Shown here: piece after piece, positions 7,892-17,035 of the stretch
How the letters are laid out: each line of letters begins with the position of its first letter
Position numbering within the stretch: the first letter of the stretch is position 1
DNA from: an uncultured virus (IMG/VR IMGVR_UViG_3300022602_000082)
Lineage: Duplodnaviria; Heunggongvirae; Uroviricota; Caudoviricetes
IMG/VR virus record: IMGVR_UViG_3300022602_000082
Strand: one strand, 5' to 3'
Length of the DNA: 20,000 bases
Notes under the pieces: generated by a model
The model's database searches: none
What the model saw: the letters and a program-made list of their open reading frames with translations, nothing else
Told to the model about the DNA's origin: nothing
Translations under genes and position numbers: made by a program

Positions 7892-8791
7892 TTAACTCAC
7901 CGAAGGAGATGATTGATTGTATTGGGAATACAGTGTTTGTAATGGGTTTAGTACGTTTGCTGCTCCACCAGCTAACTGTTGTAATCCCAACGCACCTAGA
8001 CCTGCTTGACCAAAGTTAATACCTTGTTGAGCTTGTGCTGCACCTGCAGGAGCTTGATTAGCACCTGATAATGTGGCTAGTAAGGTTTGTTGTTGTTGTA
8101 AGCTAGAAGTAGCATATTGTTGACCAAACTGTTGAGCTTGTAACAATCCACCACCTGATACTAAACGACCCTGTGCAGCTTGTTGAGCCTGTTGAGCTTG
8201 TAATCCTTGTTGAAGGTTAAACTGGTAACCTGGAGTAGAAGTAATGGTATTTGGGTTTGCCAGTAAGTTCTGTAACTGGGAAGCTGCTTGTGAACGGTAT
8301 GCTGCGTATGGGTCTGCAACACCTGGCTTAGTTCCGCCACCACCTAATAATTTAGCTGCTTGCCCCACTTGTCCAATACCGCCTATTAATTGAGCACCAG
8401 TCTTGGCGTATCCAGCTAAGTCGCCCAGTGTAGTTCCTACGCCACCTTGGGCAACAACGTTACCTGCGGCATCAAGGATGTTGCCACCTTGAATAGAACC
8501 CATTGAGCCGTCTGCTAATTGGAATGGTACAGATTCTGCGCCAGCTGCAGCACCTTCTAATTGAGCCGCAGTTCCACCCGCTTGTGCGATTTGTTCTGCA
8601 GTTAACCCTGCCTGTAATAATTCTTCTCCACTGGCTCCTGCGGCAACAAGGTCTGAAGCAGTTGCACCTGCTGCTAAAGCATCTGCGGCTGTCATTGTAC
8701 CAGCGGCTACTTCTCCTGCTGCTGCTGCACCAGCACCAGCCTCACCTGCTCCGAATATTACTTCTCCGACTGCTGCGGTTGATTCTGCCAT
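7892..8791 (-). CDS. DNA transfer (pilot/ejection) protein, P22 gp7-like position
   Basis: TPGYQFNLQQG...AAQGRLVSGG...QQFGQQYA motif typical of podophage DNA transfer proteins; Gly/Ala/Gln-rich. Confidence 0.7.
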   Translation of the reverse strand: MAESTAAVGEVIFGAGEAGAGAAAAGEVAAGTMTAADALAAGATASDLVAAGASGEELLQAGLTAEQIAQAGGTAAQLEGAAAGAESVPFQLADGSMGSIQGGNILDAAGNVVAQGGVGTTLGDLAGYAKTGAQLIGGIGQVGQAAKLLGGGGTKPGVADPYAAYRSQAASQLQNLLANPNTITSTPGYQFNLQQGLQAQQAQQAAQGRLVSGGGLLQAQQFGQQYATSSLQQQQTLLATLSGANQAPAGAAQAQQGINFGQAGLGALGLQQLAGGAANVLNPLQTLYSQYNQSSPSVS

Positions 8792-8795
8792 GATT

Positions 8796-9248
8796 CTATC
8801 CTATTAATTTACCAAACACACGTTCAGTCTGTTTGTATCCTAAACGCTCAAATATTGCACCAACATCTTGGTGTACTTTAGTATTCATTATTAAACGCTG
8901 AACACCATAGCTCTTTAGGATTTCCTCGTTCTTAATGAACAATTTTACTCCTGTTGAGCCTTTTCGATAATCTTTAGATATAAAAAATATATCATTTGTA
9001 GCTGTCAAACTATCTTTATAATGCAAATTATAGGCAATAATGCAAATACAATAACCTATTAATTTACCGTCATCTCTAGCTGTAACAATCCTCATTACCC
9101 CAGAATTGCACAGTTTTTCATACATTTCATAGTTTGGATTGAGTTTAATAACCTCTTTATTTAAGGCTATTTCTTCCCAATGGTCTTCTAATAAAGGCTT
9201 AATTTCGTCAATTACTTGACTATAAGTCTCTTCTTTATACTCAATCAT
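8796..9248 (-). CDS. GNAT-family acetyltransferase-like protein
   Basis: DIFFISKDYRKGSTGVKL (acetyl-CoA motif A) and FERLGY; sits between the gp10-like and ejection genes. Confidence 0.8.
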   Translation of the reverse strand: MIEYKEETYSQVIDEIKPLLEDHWEEIALNKEVIKLNPNYEMYEKLCNSGVMRIVTARDDGKLIGYCICIIAYNLHYKDSLTATNDIFFISKDYRKGSTGVKLFIKNEEILKSYGVQRLIMNTKVHQDVGAIFERLGYKQTERVFGKLIG

Positions 9249-10816
9249 GAATCCCCCTTTTCGACATCGACTTCAAAATATTCGAGTCTCAAGGGTACAT
9301 TATCTTGGTGAAGTAAGTCAAACGCTCTTCTACGGCCCTGACCTAGTCTATGGACTTCGGATTTAGCGGTATTGAGGTTAACGTTCTGCCACGCAGAAAA
9401 GGTTTGGTAGTCATCACTGGTATAACGTAAAAGGGCATAAGAATCAATCTTATCGCCTACAACTTGAACGCTTCTCCAAAACTTACGTAGATTATCGCCA
9501 CCATCTACTAATGGAGTACGAGCTAATACCGCAATTGGGTTACCGTCATCTTGATAGGTATTTGGGTCAAACTCATAGACTTTACCATTGGTCTCGTGTT
9601 GGATTAAATCCATATCCTGATACTTGGTATAGAACTGACCCTTAAAATAACCTTCTACGTTATTTTCGGTGGAAGTCCAATATGTCCAACCATTTTGAGC
9701 AAAGTCATATACTAGGGTATACCCTAAGTCTCTAAGGGTTAATACGTATAAGGAGTGCCCTGATGTTTTGATGCTAAAAGCATAAGCAAGGTCAGGATTG
9801 CAATTATTAATAATTCTTTCAATATACTGGTTAGAGATAATCTGAGGGGATTGACCAGACATTGCCATTACTTGAAAACCTTTTTGGTGGCTTGTACCCA
9901 TCCAAACAAGAGTGTTATCCATTTGTATTAAAGAGTCTTCTGCTGCGGCTCCAAATTGAATGACAGAGTTCTGATATGGTAGAAATGGACTGCCTGGGGA
10001 TGTACCTGCATCATAGAAGAACTCAATATGATGTGAACCAAATGTTACGATATAGTTAATTGTCCGACCAATAGCCAATAAAGGGTCAGCATCAGACACT
10101 ACTCCAATGTAGTTAATTGCTTGCCAAGTTGTAGGGTCTTCTACGTTAGAGTTATAAAGCAAACCCTGAGGAGTCCCAACAACATAATACCCATCCACAA
10201 ACACCGCACCTGATACAGTAGTACCAGGATAAGAGGTAGTAAAGGTAAGAGCAACGGTTCCAGAAGCTGTAGCATTTTGACTTAAAGTTAAGGCAGTACC
10301 AAATATAGTTAAAACATAAGTGCCAAGGGGAACTCCTGTCCCTGTCACAATCTGTCCAACCTGAATTGCAGGATTGGATGCAGATAATGTTACAACAGGC
10401 GTACCTGATATGGTCGTACCGTTTTGCGTCGTAATGGTGCCTTGTAAATCTAAAATGGTGCTTGTTGCTATGGTATAGACATATCCGTGGCTCTCATTCT
10501 TAAAAAAGACTTGAGATTGGTCTACTGAGTAGATGAAATCATACTCATCTGAACCATCAACGGGGGTAGCATTAGCAACTCCATTGTCATAGAAGTTAGT
10601 TCCAATAATAGTAAGTAGGTGGCTACCAGCGGCAAAGATACCAAGTCCTTCTCCTGCAGTTAAAGTTTGAAAAGACTTAAGTCCTGGGCGTTTAACGGCT
10701 GCAATAGACTCTTTTTTCTCTACTTCAATAATCGCATTGCCTAGCTTTGAATCCTTGTTTAAGGTTCCATCACGACTACCAATGTTATGAGCAAGAGGGA
10801 TTCTAGAGGTTGCCAT
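9245..10816 (-). CDS. Packaged-DNA stabilization/tail hub protein (P22 gp10-like)
   Basis: KRPGL N-terminal motif, DGYY, EFFYDAG, TLVYD..W, RLGQGRRRAF; about 500 aa, beta-rich, follows the gp4-like gene. Confidence 0.8.
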   Translation of the reverse strand: MATSRIPLAHNIGSRDGTLNKDSKLGNAIIEVEKKESIAAVKRPGLKSFQTLTAGEGLGIFAAGSHLLTIIGTNFYDNGVANATPVDGSDEYDFIYSVDQSQVFFKNESHGYVYTIATSTILDLQGTITTQNGTTISGTPVVTLSASNPAIQVGQIVTGTGVPLGTYVLTIFGTALTLSQNATASGTVALTFTTSYPGTTVSGAVFVDGYYVVGTPQGLLYNSNVEDPTTWQAINYIGVVSDADPLLAIGRTINYIVTFGSHHIEFFYDAGTSPGSPFLPYQNSVIQFGAAAEDSLIQMDNTLVWMGTSHQKGFQVMAMSGQSPQIISNQYIERIINNCNPDLAYAFSIKTSGHSLYVLTLRDLGYTLVYDFAQNGWTYWTSTENNVEGYFKGQFYTKYQDMDLIQHETNGKVYEFDPNTYQDDGNPIAVLARTPLVDGGDNLRKFWRSVQVVGDKIDSYALLRYTSDDYQTFSAWQNVNLNTAKSEVHRLGQGRRRAFDLLHQDNVPLRLEYFEVDVEKGDS

Positions 10817-11511
10817 TAATTTTTGAACCTGAAATCAGGCGAAAAGGAAGTAGAAGCCTCTTCTTGGCTCCAATCGGTCATTACTTCTTCATACTTAGCG
10901 GCACGTTGAGCGAGTTCAGCACGTACTTGTGCAGGGACACCATACTCAAGGGCTAACTGGTCAGCTAGTCCAAACTTCAATGTATTAAACCATTCCGATG
11001 GAAACTGAGGGATTGAAGTAGGCGTTAGGATGTCTGAAATAGGTTGTTGTACTTGTAGGTGGATAGTCCACCCTGCGGCATTTGGGTTATTAAATACATA
11101 CAGTACGCCATTACCCAATTGTGGGTCGTAATAGACCTGATTAGGAGTGCCTGAAGAGGGTTTATAGCCCTGTTGCATATACTCTTGACGTGAGATGACC
11201 TGAAGGGTTGTATCGTTCCCCTGAGGGCTTCTAATGAACGCCATGACAACTCTTAATGGGCGGTCACAGATAACATCACCTGTTGGGCCTAATGTGTAGG
11301 TATATTGACCTGCAACCATAGGTACTGGGAGGTCTTCTACTAACCATAAGGGCATACCCTTAGTCTGTAGTTGTTTAATGTACAGGTTTAGGGCTTCTGA
11401 GCAGTTTTGATAGTCTTGTGGGGTAGGGCTATCTCCAGCACCAATTACTCCCAATACACGGAGTGCCCCATTAATAACTGCGTCCCTAGATTGTGAGTAA
11501 GTGGTTGTCAT
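10816..11511 (-). CDS. Head-to-tail adaptor (P22 gp4-like)
   Basis: INGALRVLGV..G.SPT..D...ALN N-terminal motif and FPSEW...L..GLA..LA.EYG C-terminal motif. Confidence 0.78.
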   Translation of the reverse strand: MTTTYSQSRDAVINGALRVLGVIGAGDSPTPQDYQNCSEALNLYIKQLQTKGMPLWLVEDLPVPMVAGQYTYTLGPTGDVICDRPLRVVMAFIRSPQGNDTTLQVISRQEYMQQGYKPSSGTPNQVYYDPQLGNGVLYVFNNPNAAGWTIHLQVQQPISDILTPTSIPQFPSEWFNTLKFGLADQLALEYGVPAQVRAELAQRAAKYEEVMTDWSQEEASTSFSPDFRFKN

Positions 11512-11512
11512 A

Positions 11513-11662
11513 TTATTCCGCTTTTGGTGGCTCTTCAGTAATTAAAGCATACTGTTGTTGTAGCTTTTGAAGCAAAGGATATGCTCCAGACTCAGTAGGT
11601 AATTGCCCTACAACTTTAATAATAAAAGCTGCTTCGTTATCTTCTAATGTAAATGTTTTCAC
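11513..11662 (-). CDS. Small hypothetical protein (49 aa, GTG start); not in the ORF track
   Basis: Hand translation gives MKTFTLEDNEAAFIIKVVGQLPTESGAYPLLQKLQQQYALITEEPPKAE*. Its stop lies 1 nt before the gp4-like start. Confidence 0.7.
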   Translation of the reverse strand: MKTFTLEDNEAAFIIKVVGQLPTESGAYPLLQKLQQQYALITEEPPKAE

Positions 11663-11680
11663 TTTTTTCTCGCTTTTTAA

Positions 11681-11776
11681 TTATTTCATTTTAGCAATTA
11701 AATCATAGATATATTTTCTTTTTATTGCCAATTCTTCAGGAGTTTCTATAAGAGGTGTTGGTATTGTGTCAGTCAT
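11681..11776 (-). CDS. Very small ORF (31 aa) after the tailspike
   Basis: MTDTIPTPLIETPEELAIKRKYIYDLIAKMK* with AAGGA SD upstream; fills the gap in the operon. Confidence 0.5.
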   Translation of the reverse strand: MTDTIPTPLIETPEELAIKRKYIYDLIAKMK

Positions 11777-11785
11777 AATCAATCC

Positions 11786-13096
11786 TTATTGAGGTGCATC
11801 GTGGACTGTAATCCACATAAAATAATTGCCAGCAGGAACCGCCCCCAAACCAATAACTTCTACTGAGCCTTGGAATGGGTAAGGAGTATTACCACCTGGG
11901 TCTCCTATGCCAGAAGTACTGCATTCAGAAGCCCAAAGAACACGCATATTAGCACCACTCCATAATTCTGCAGTTACCTTTGGAAGGTATTGAGTCATTA
12001 ATGGATGATAAAAGAATGCTGTTACAGTGCTTCCAGTTGTAAATCCAGATGGGATTGCAATAGTTGCCATAAATCTATTTGCAGCAATAGGAACGCCACC
12101 ATTGAATGTAGATATGCTATTTACTGAAGTTGATAAAGGAATAGCAGTAGATGGTGTAAATTGATATTGTCCATAAGATGTGCAAATAATTCTATTTCCA
12201 GCACCACTTAATTGCCATTTAGAATATACAGGAGTACTAGAAAGTGCTAATTTAAAAATGTTATCAATAGCATTTCCCTTGATATTTGCTACTGAAAAAC
12301 CATCAAAGTAACCATAAATGTTAAATATGCAACGAGCAGGTGGAAGATTTGCGTTTGCATAAATTCCGTATGAATTTGCAATGTTATTAGCATCAATAGC
12401 AAAAATATTGAATTGAGTGCAATCCCATGTTGGGTATCCTAATGACCCATTGTTAACATCATAAAAATTAATGCCATATTGACAACCAACAATAAAGTTG
12501 CCGTTAATTTGGTTTCCTTGAAACAATGTTCCAGTAAAGCTACCTGTAACCATACATTCAAAAGCAACACCAGTTGTGCTTGTGCTAATAGCTGTAAAAT
12601 TAACAATATTGTCAGCACATCCCTTGTATGTATTATCAATACGCAAACAAATACCTGCATTTGCACAATTTGTTACGCCTGATGCTTGAACATTAGCTAA
12701 AGATGCTCCATAAAGCAATAGGCCATAACTACCACTAACAATTTGTGGTAATTTAATTAAAGTTCCTGAGTAATTTCCAGAGCTTAAAGTAACTACAGGA
12801 AAAGCGGTTGCAGATGCTTTAATGGTTGCTCTACTATCGCAATCAATGCCACAAGCAGGACTAAATACTAATCCTTGGGAAACAATATATTCTGCAGAAG
12901 AAGATGGAAAGTAAACGGTTCTATTGTTTGCTTCACAATAAGTAATACAAGCAGTAATGGCTGCATAGTCATCTGTAGTACCATCGCCTACTGCACCAAA
13001 GTCTTTAACTGAAACAACATCATTCAGTTTTGCACTTGTTTGTCTATTGATAGCACCTGTTGCTGGTTGCTCTACTTTTGGAATAAGTGTTGTCAT
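11786..13096 (-). CDS. Tailspike/depolymerase-like receptor-binding protein (beta-helix)
   Basis: VSVKDFGAVGDGTTDD motif near the N-terminus followed by Asn/Gly/Ile-rich beta-helix-like sequence. Confidence 0.8.
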   Translation of the reverse strand: MTTLIPKVEQPATGAINRQTSAKLNDVVSVKDFGAVGDGTTDDYAAITACITYCEANNRTVYFPSSSAEYIVSQGLVFSPACGIDCDSRATIKASATAFPVVTLSSGNYSGTLIKLPQIVSGSYGLLLYGASLANVQASGVTNCANAGICLRIDNTYKGCADNIVNFTAISTSTTGVAFECMVTGSFTGTLFQGNQINGNFIVGCQYGINFYDVNNGSLGYPTWDCTQFNIFAIDANNIANSYGIYANANLPPARCIFNIYGYFDGFSVANIKGNAIDNIFKLALSSTPVYSKWQLSGAGNRIICTSYGQYQFTPSTAIPLSTSVNSISTFNGGVPIAANRFMATIAIPSGFTTGSTVTAFFYHPLMTQYLPKVTAELWSGANMRVLWASECSTSGIGDPGGNTPYPFQGSVEVIGLGAVPAGNYFMWITVHDAPQ

Positions 13097-13111
13097 ATTA
13101 ACTCGCTAAAA

Positions 13112-13285
13112 TTATTGCTCTAGTTGAGCAGGTGTTGGTTGTGGGAAGTCAGGATGTTCCCATTTTGCAATGTAATCGCCTTTTCCATCTGAATCATTTT
13201 TAAGCAAAATTGACCCACGCATAGGATGAAAGTCATCCGAAATCAAAGATGGATATAAAGAAATTATTTTTTCGTATAGTGTCAT
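13112..13285 (-). CDS. XkdW-like tail fibre-associated small protein (start revised to ATG 13285)
   Basis: MTLYEKIISLYPSL...LKNDSDGKGDYIAKWEHP..PQPT pattern; TAATG overlap with the fibre stop at 13285. Confidence 0.7.
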   Translation of the reverse strand: MTLYEKIISLYPSLISDDFHPMRGSILLKNDSDGKGDYIAKWEHPDFPQPTPAQLEQ

Positions 13286-14577
13286 TATGCGCCCCTTACC
13301 ATAGTTCCTTGAAACCACATTGAATCAGGTCTGCCTCCAAGTGTTGTACCATTGCTACCTGAATTTTGATATATAAATGCCTCTAAATAATCTGTAGTTC
13401 CGTTCATATAAACAATATAAGTAAGCGTACCTGATGGATATTGTGAAGCAAAGTTTGCAAAATCTGCTGATGCAATAGAAGTTCCATTTTTTTCTAAAAT
13501 AGGAGCGAATACGCCCACTACAATTGCATTAAAAACTAAATCAATAGTTATCTCATAGTATCCTGCTACATTAGGAGTCCATCTATAAGTAGAAGTGTTG
13601 TAATTTGAATTTGTATCATAAACAACAGTATCAAAAGCAACTTTAGTAGCCGTATTATTTGATATTGTTTGTGTAGTTGATGCAGAAGCTCTAAATAAAG
13701 GAATCCCGCCAATACCTTTACCAGCGTATATTTCACCAGTAACACTTAAGTTAGTTGCTCCTGGGTCTGTAGTGTTGCCAATGGAAACACCGCCAGAAGA
13801 AAAAATACGCATCCGTTCTGTGTTTGCTGTGCCAAACCACATTGGAGTGCTAGTTACATTTTTAATGTAAGTTTCAGTTGCAGTATTAGCAACAATTTCT
13901 AATGCAATGCTTCCACTTGTGCGAATATCAATATTTCCACCAGTTGTACCATCAATAGTTAATCCATGATAACCAGCATAATCTTGTGGAGAAGCAGTTC
14001 CTATTCCTAAACTTGTGCCATCAAATGTTAAATTAGAGCTTGAATTAAATGCGCTTGTGCCATTTCCATAAGGAATATATCCAGAAGTAAGGCTTGTTAA
14101 ACCTGTTCCACCATTGCCAACAGGCAGTGTTCCCAATAAAGTTAATAATTGAGCATTAGTTGCTACAGTTTGGGCAGATGCTCCATTGCCGTAAACAAAA
14201 CCAGTTAATGTAGATGTAATAGGTGCTGCGCTAAATGTCTGTGTTTGACTAAATGTATTTACTTCATCTAGCTTGGGAAAGTCATTTAATGAAGCACGAA
14301 CTAGTCTAAGTGATACTACATCTCCAGCAGAAAATGCAGTTCCTGAAGTTCCGTCTTGACCACGAACAATAGTAAATGTAGTTCCTGATACTGCAGTTAC
14401 TTTAACAATCTCAATAGTTGTTTGAGTAGCTGCATCAGCTAATGTGCAATAAAAATATTGTGAGCCTGTAGGAGATGGAAAGCCTGTCGCAGACGTAACC
14501 GACATAGTCGTAGCTACGTTAGTAAGACTACTACTTAAAGTAGTATTACAGTTGTTTGCGAATAACATATTAGGCAT
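13285..14577 (-). CDS. Tail fibre with C-terminal C1q-like domain
   Basis: N-terminal anchor EIVKVTAVSG..FTIVRGQDGT; shaft motifs LPVGNGGTG, LGIGTASP, ERMRI; C1q-like FRAS...VAFDT..YD...Y...TPNVAGYY. Confidence 0.8.
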   Translation of the reverse strand: MPNMLFANNCNTTLSSSLTNVATTMSVTSATGFPSPTGSQYFYCTLADAATQTTIEIVKVTAVSGTTFTIVRGQDGTSGTAFSAGDVVSLRLVRASLNDFPKLDEVNTFSQTQTFSAAPITSTLTGFVYGNGASAQTVATNAQLLTLLGTLPVGNGGTGLTSLTSGYIPYGNGTSAFNSSSNLTFDGTSLGIGTASPQDYAGYHGLTIDGTTGGNIDIRTSGSIALEIVANTATETYIKNVTSTPMWFGTANTERMRIFSSGGVSIGNTTDPGATNLSVTGEIYAGKGIGGIPLFRASASTTQTISNNTATKVAFDTVVYDTNSNYNTSTYRWTPNVAGYYEITIDLVFNAIVVGVFAPILEKNGTSIASADFANFASQYPSGTLTYIVYMNGTTDYLEAFIYQNSGSNGTTLGGRPDSMWFQGTMVRGA

Positions 14578-14586
14578 TAATTATCC

Positions 14587-16752
14587 TTAAATTGCTGAAA
14601 TAACAAAAGCTAATAGTTCTTCGTATCTAATACCCAATCTTACAGAACCATCCTCTAATGTATCAGAACAAAATAATCCATATTTATGAGCATCTAGACC
14701 ATTGTCAGAAAATGCTTTTTCTACATCTTGAGCCATTACACCTATATGCGTTCTAGCATTATTTCCTTTTTTAGCTACTGCATCATTAAATTTAAATGAT
14801 TTAATTAATCCTTTTATTGATTTTGCTGTAGCCAATTCTGCTTCAGTTAAATTTGCTATTTGCTGTTTTTGACTAGCATCAGAAGTATTAATAGTTCCTG
14901 TCGCAGCATAAATAACAGACCATCTTAAAGATGAATATCCTGAACTCCAAGTATTATCTGCTCCTGGATTTATTGAAAGTGCATTTGTATTAATATCAAG
15001 GGCAGTTATTACTCCTGAGTTATATACATTAAAGCGCATACCATATTGATTTGCACTTCTTTGAGTTACATTAATAGAACCTGCATCTAAATAACCAGCA
15101 GATGATGGATTTAAACTCCATAAAATTCCTAAACCATCTCCATTTACAGATGTTGTAGTTTGTTGCAAAACAAGTGGTTTATAGAGACCTGAAGCATATC
15201 CATTGTTAATATATACAGGAAATGTTGAAGCACCAGAAGAAGCTGTTTGAACAGTTAAACCTTGCAACAAATTAACTCTAGGGCTTAAAGCATTTCTATA
15301 TCCACCACCTTGTAATCCTGTTGGCGCTGTTGTTGGAATTGAATTTCCATCTGCATTTACAAAGCTAGAAAAATATCCTCCATCATATACTTGACCAGCA
15401 GTATTTCCTTCATTGTAATCACCGCCAATAATATTGGCATAACGACAAGCAGGATAAGAAGATATATTTACACCGCTTAAATATAGACCATATCCAGTAT
15501 TTACTTCGCAATCACAATTTATAACAGTTACCCACCAGCAAAGACCAAGATAAATTCCAGAGCCTCCGTTTTGTTGCATTACGCAACCGCTAATTGTTCC
15601 TGCGTTAGCATTTGGGGGTGTTAGATTAGTTGCAGCGTATTGGTCATCAACCAAAATTCCATGATTTGTGCAATTAGTAACAGTTACATTTTCAACTCTT
15701 GTAGCGTTAACATTATTGTTAACAGTTGAAACATTACCTACAAATACACCAAAACCACCAATAGACTTAACCCAAAAATCACGAACTATAGCAGCGTTTC
15801 CAGCAACAAATACTCCATTCCCTGTATTTCCAGACAATCCTAATAAACCACCGCCTGTCAAAATTGAAGCTGCATTAAGAACAATACCAGGAGTTGTCAT
15901 TGAAGCAGATTTAATAAAATATGCTTGAGGAGTTGCAGCAGCGTTTCCGTATCCACCTTCAAATTCTAATTTAACAGTTGAAGGAATGTTAATTGAGCTT
16001 GAAATTAAGTATGTTCCTTTTGGAACAATGACATGACAAGCATTATTAAGCGCATTTTGAATTGCAGTTGTATCATCAGTTGTGCCATCTCCAATAGCAC
16101 CAAAGTCTTTGACAGATACAGACTCTTGAAGTTTAGATTGTACAGTAGTTGTTACTGCTCCAACTCCACCTTCATTGTAATTAATTTCATTAGCATACAA
16201 AGTTCCAGATGCAACACTTATACCAACCAAAAATTCGACAATATCACCAGCATTAAGACCTGAATTAAATGTAACTGTGTTTACGCTAGTCTCAGAATAG
16301 TTTGTTCCATATACTTGTTTTGAACCGTTTACAAATACCGCTAAGTTATTAGTTCCAGGAGCATAATCAAAGTTAGTCAAAGTAAATACTGTCTGACCTT
16401 GAGTTGCTGTAAATACTTGCTCTTCAGTTGATTGAACTGCAGCCCCTGCAATATAGTTCATACCTGCCGCAGTAATACGCAATTGGACGTTATCACCCAT
16501 GTTCCAATACAAGGGTGATGTACCTTCTTGTCCACGCTCAATAGTGAAAATATCACCGCTACGAGCAGTACATTTAACAATCTCAATGATTGGGCCACTC
16601 AGACTGATTAAGCTAACGTAGAAGTAGTCTCCACCAGTTGGATTTGGGAATAGGTTTCCAGCATTAGCAGATACCTGCATTGTTGTTGCTGTATTGGTTA
16701 TTCCGAAAGCCAAATAAGTGGCTGCGTTATTAGTATATAAAGGACGGCCCAT
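14587..16752 (-). CDS. Tailspike with beta-helix and C-terminal intramolecular chaperone (peptidase S74-type)
   Basis: Anchor domain, QTVFTL/VFVNG domain, VSVKDFGAIGDG and beta-helix region. Then TSD-ASQK cleavage motif (Ser codon 14881-14883), HIGVMAQDV and GIRYEEL. Confidence 0.85.
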   Translation of the reverse strand: MGRPLYTNNAATYLAFGITNTATTMQVSANAGNLFPNPTGGDYFYVSLISLSGPIIEIVKCTARSGDIFTIERGQEGTSPLYWNMGDNVQLRITAAGMNYIAGAAVQSTEEQVFTATQGQTVFTLTNFDYAPGTNNLAVFVNGSKQVYGTNYSETSVNTVTFNSGLNAGDIVEFLVGISVASGTLYANEINYNEGGVGAVTTTVQSKLQESVSVKDFGAIGDGTTDDTTAIQNALNNACHVIVPKGTYLISSSINIPSTVKLEFEGGYGNAAATPQAYFIKSASMTTPGIVLNAASILTGGGLLGLSGNTGNGVFVAGNAAIVRDFWVKSIGGFGVFVGNVSTVNNNVNATRVENVTVTNCTNHGILVDDQYAATNLTPPNANAGTISGCVMQQNGGSGIYLGLCWWVTVINCDCEVNTGYGLYLSGVNISSYPACRYANIIGGDYNEGNTAGQVYDGGYFSSFVNADGNSIPTTAPTGLQGGGYRNALSPRVNLLQGLTVQTASSGASTFPVYINNGYASGLYKPLVLQQTTTSVNGDGLGILWSLNPSSAGYLDAGSINVTQRSANQYGMRFNVYNSGVITALDINTNALSINPGADNTWSSGYSSLRWSVIYAATGTINTSDASQKQQIANLTEAELATAKSIKGLIKSFKFNDAVAKKGNNARTHIGVMAQDVEKAFSDNGLDAHKYGLFCSDTLEDGSVRLGIRYEELLAFVISAI

Positions 16753-16755
16753 ATA

Positions 16756-17034
16756 TTATCCTAGTGTATATGTGTCGACAGCATAACCGTCAACTAATTG
16801 AATTGTGGATTGTACGATAGTGTATTCGTCTGGAGCTTGTGGACGAGAAACTGGTACAGACATATTATCTCGTACGCCTTTTACATAATCTTGAGGCTGA
16901 CGAATCTCCCAATCATAGCTACAAACGTATAAACCATCCCAACGGAGCTTTAATTGCGAAAACTTGTATTTGTGACCACAAGCATCACATATACCGTTAT
17001 AGTCGCCATTCCGTAAGTAATCAGCGTGTCCCAT
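16756..17034 (-). CDS. Conserved phage protein with CxxC motif (start revised to ATG 17034)
   Basis: MGHADY...ICDACG..YK...WDGLYVC..DWEIRQPQD; the ATG lies 1 nt after the upstream stop. Confidence 0.65.
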   Translation of the reverse strand: MGHADYLRNGDYNGICDACGHKYKFSQLKLRWDGLYVCSYDWEIRQPQDYVKGVRDNMSVPVSRPQAPDEYTIVQSTIQLVDGYAVDTYTLG

Positions 17035-17035
17035 T

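Noticed and set aside
5267..8793. Multiple short antisense or alternative-frame ORFs over the ejection genes
   Set aside because: They are shadow ORFs of long coding sequences with biased codon use.
13286..13318. Upstream extension of the 13112..13318 ORF (and likewise 17035..17097 of the 16756..17097 ORF)
   Set aside because: Downstream ATGs at 13285 and 17034 abut the upstream stop codons and fit translational coupling better.
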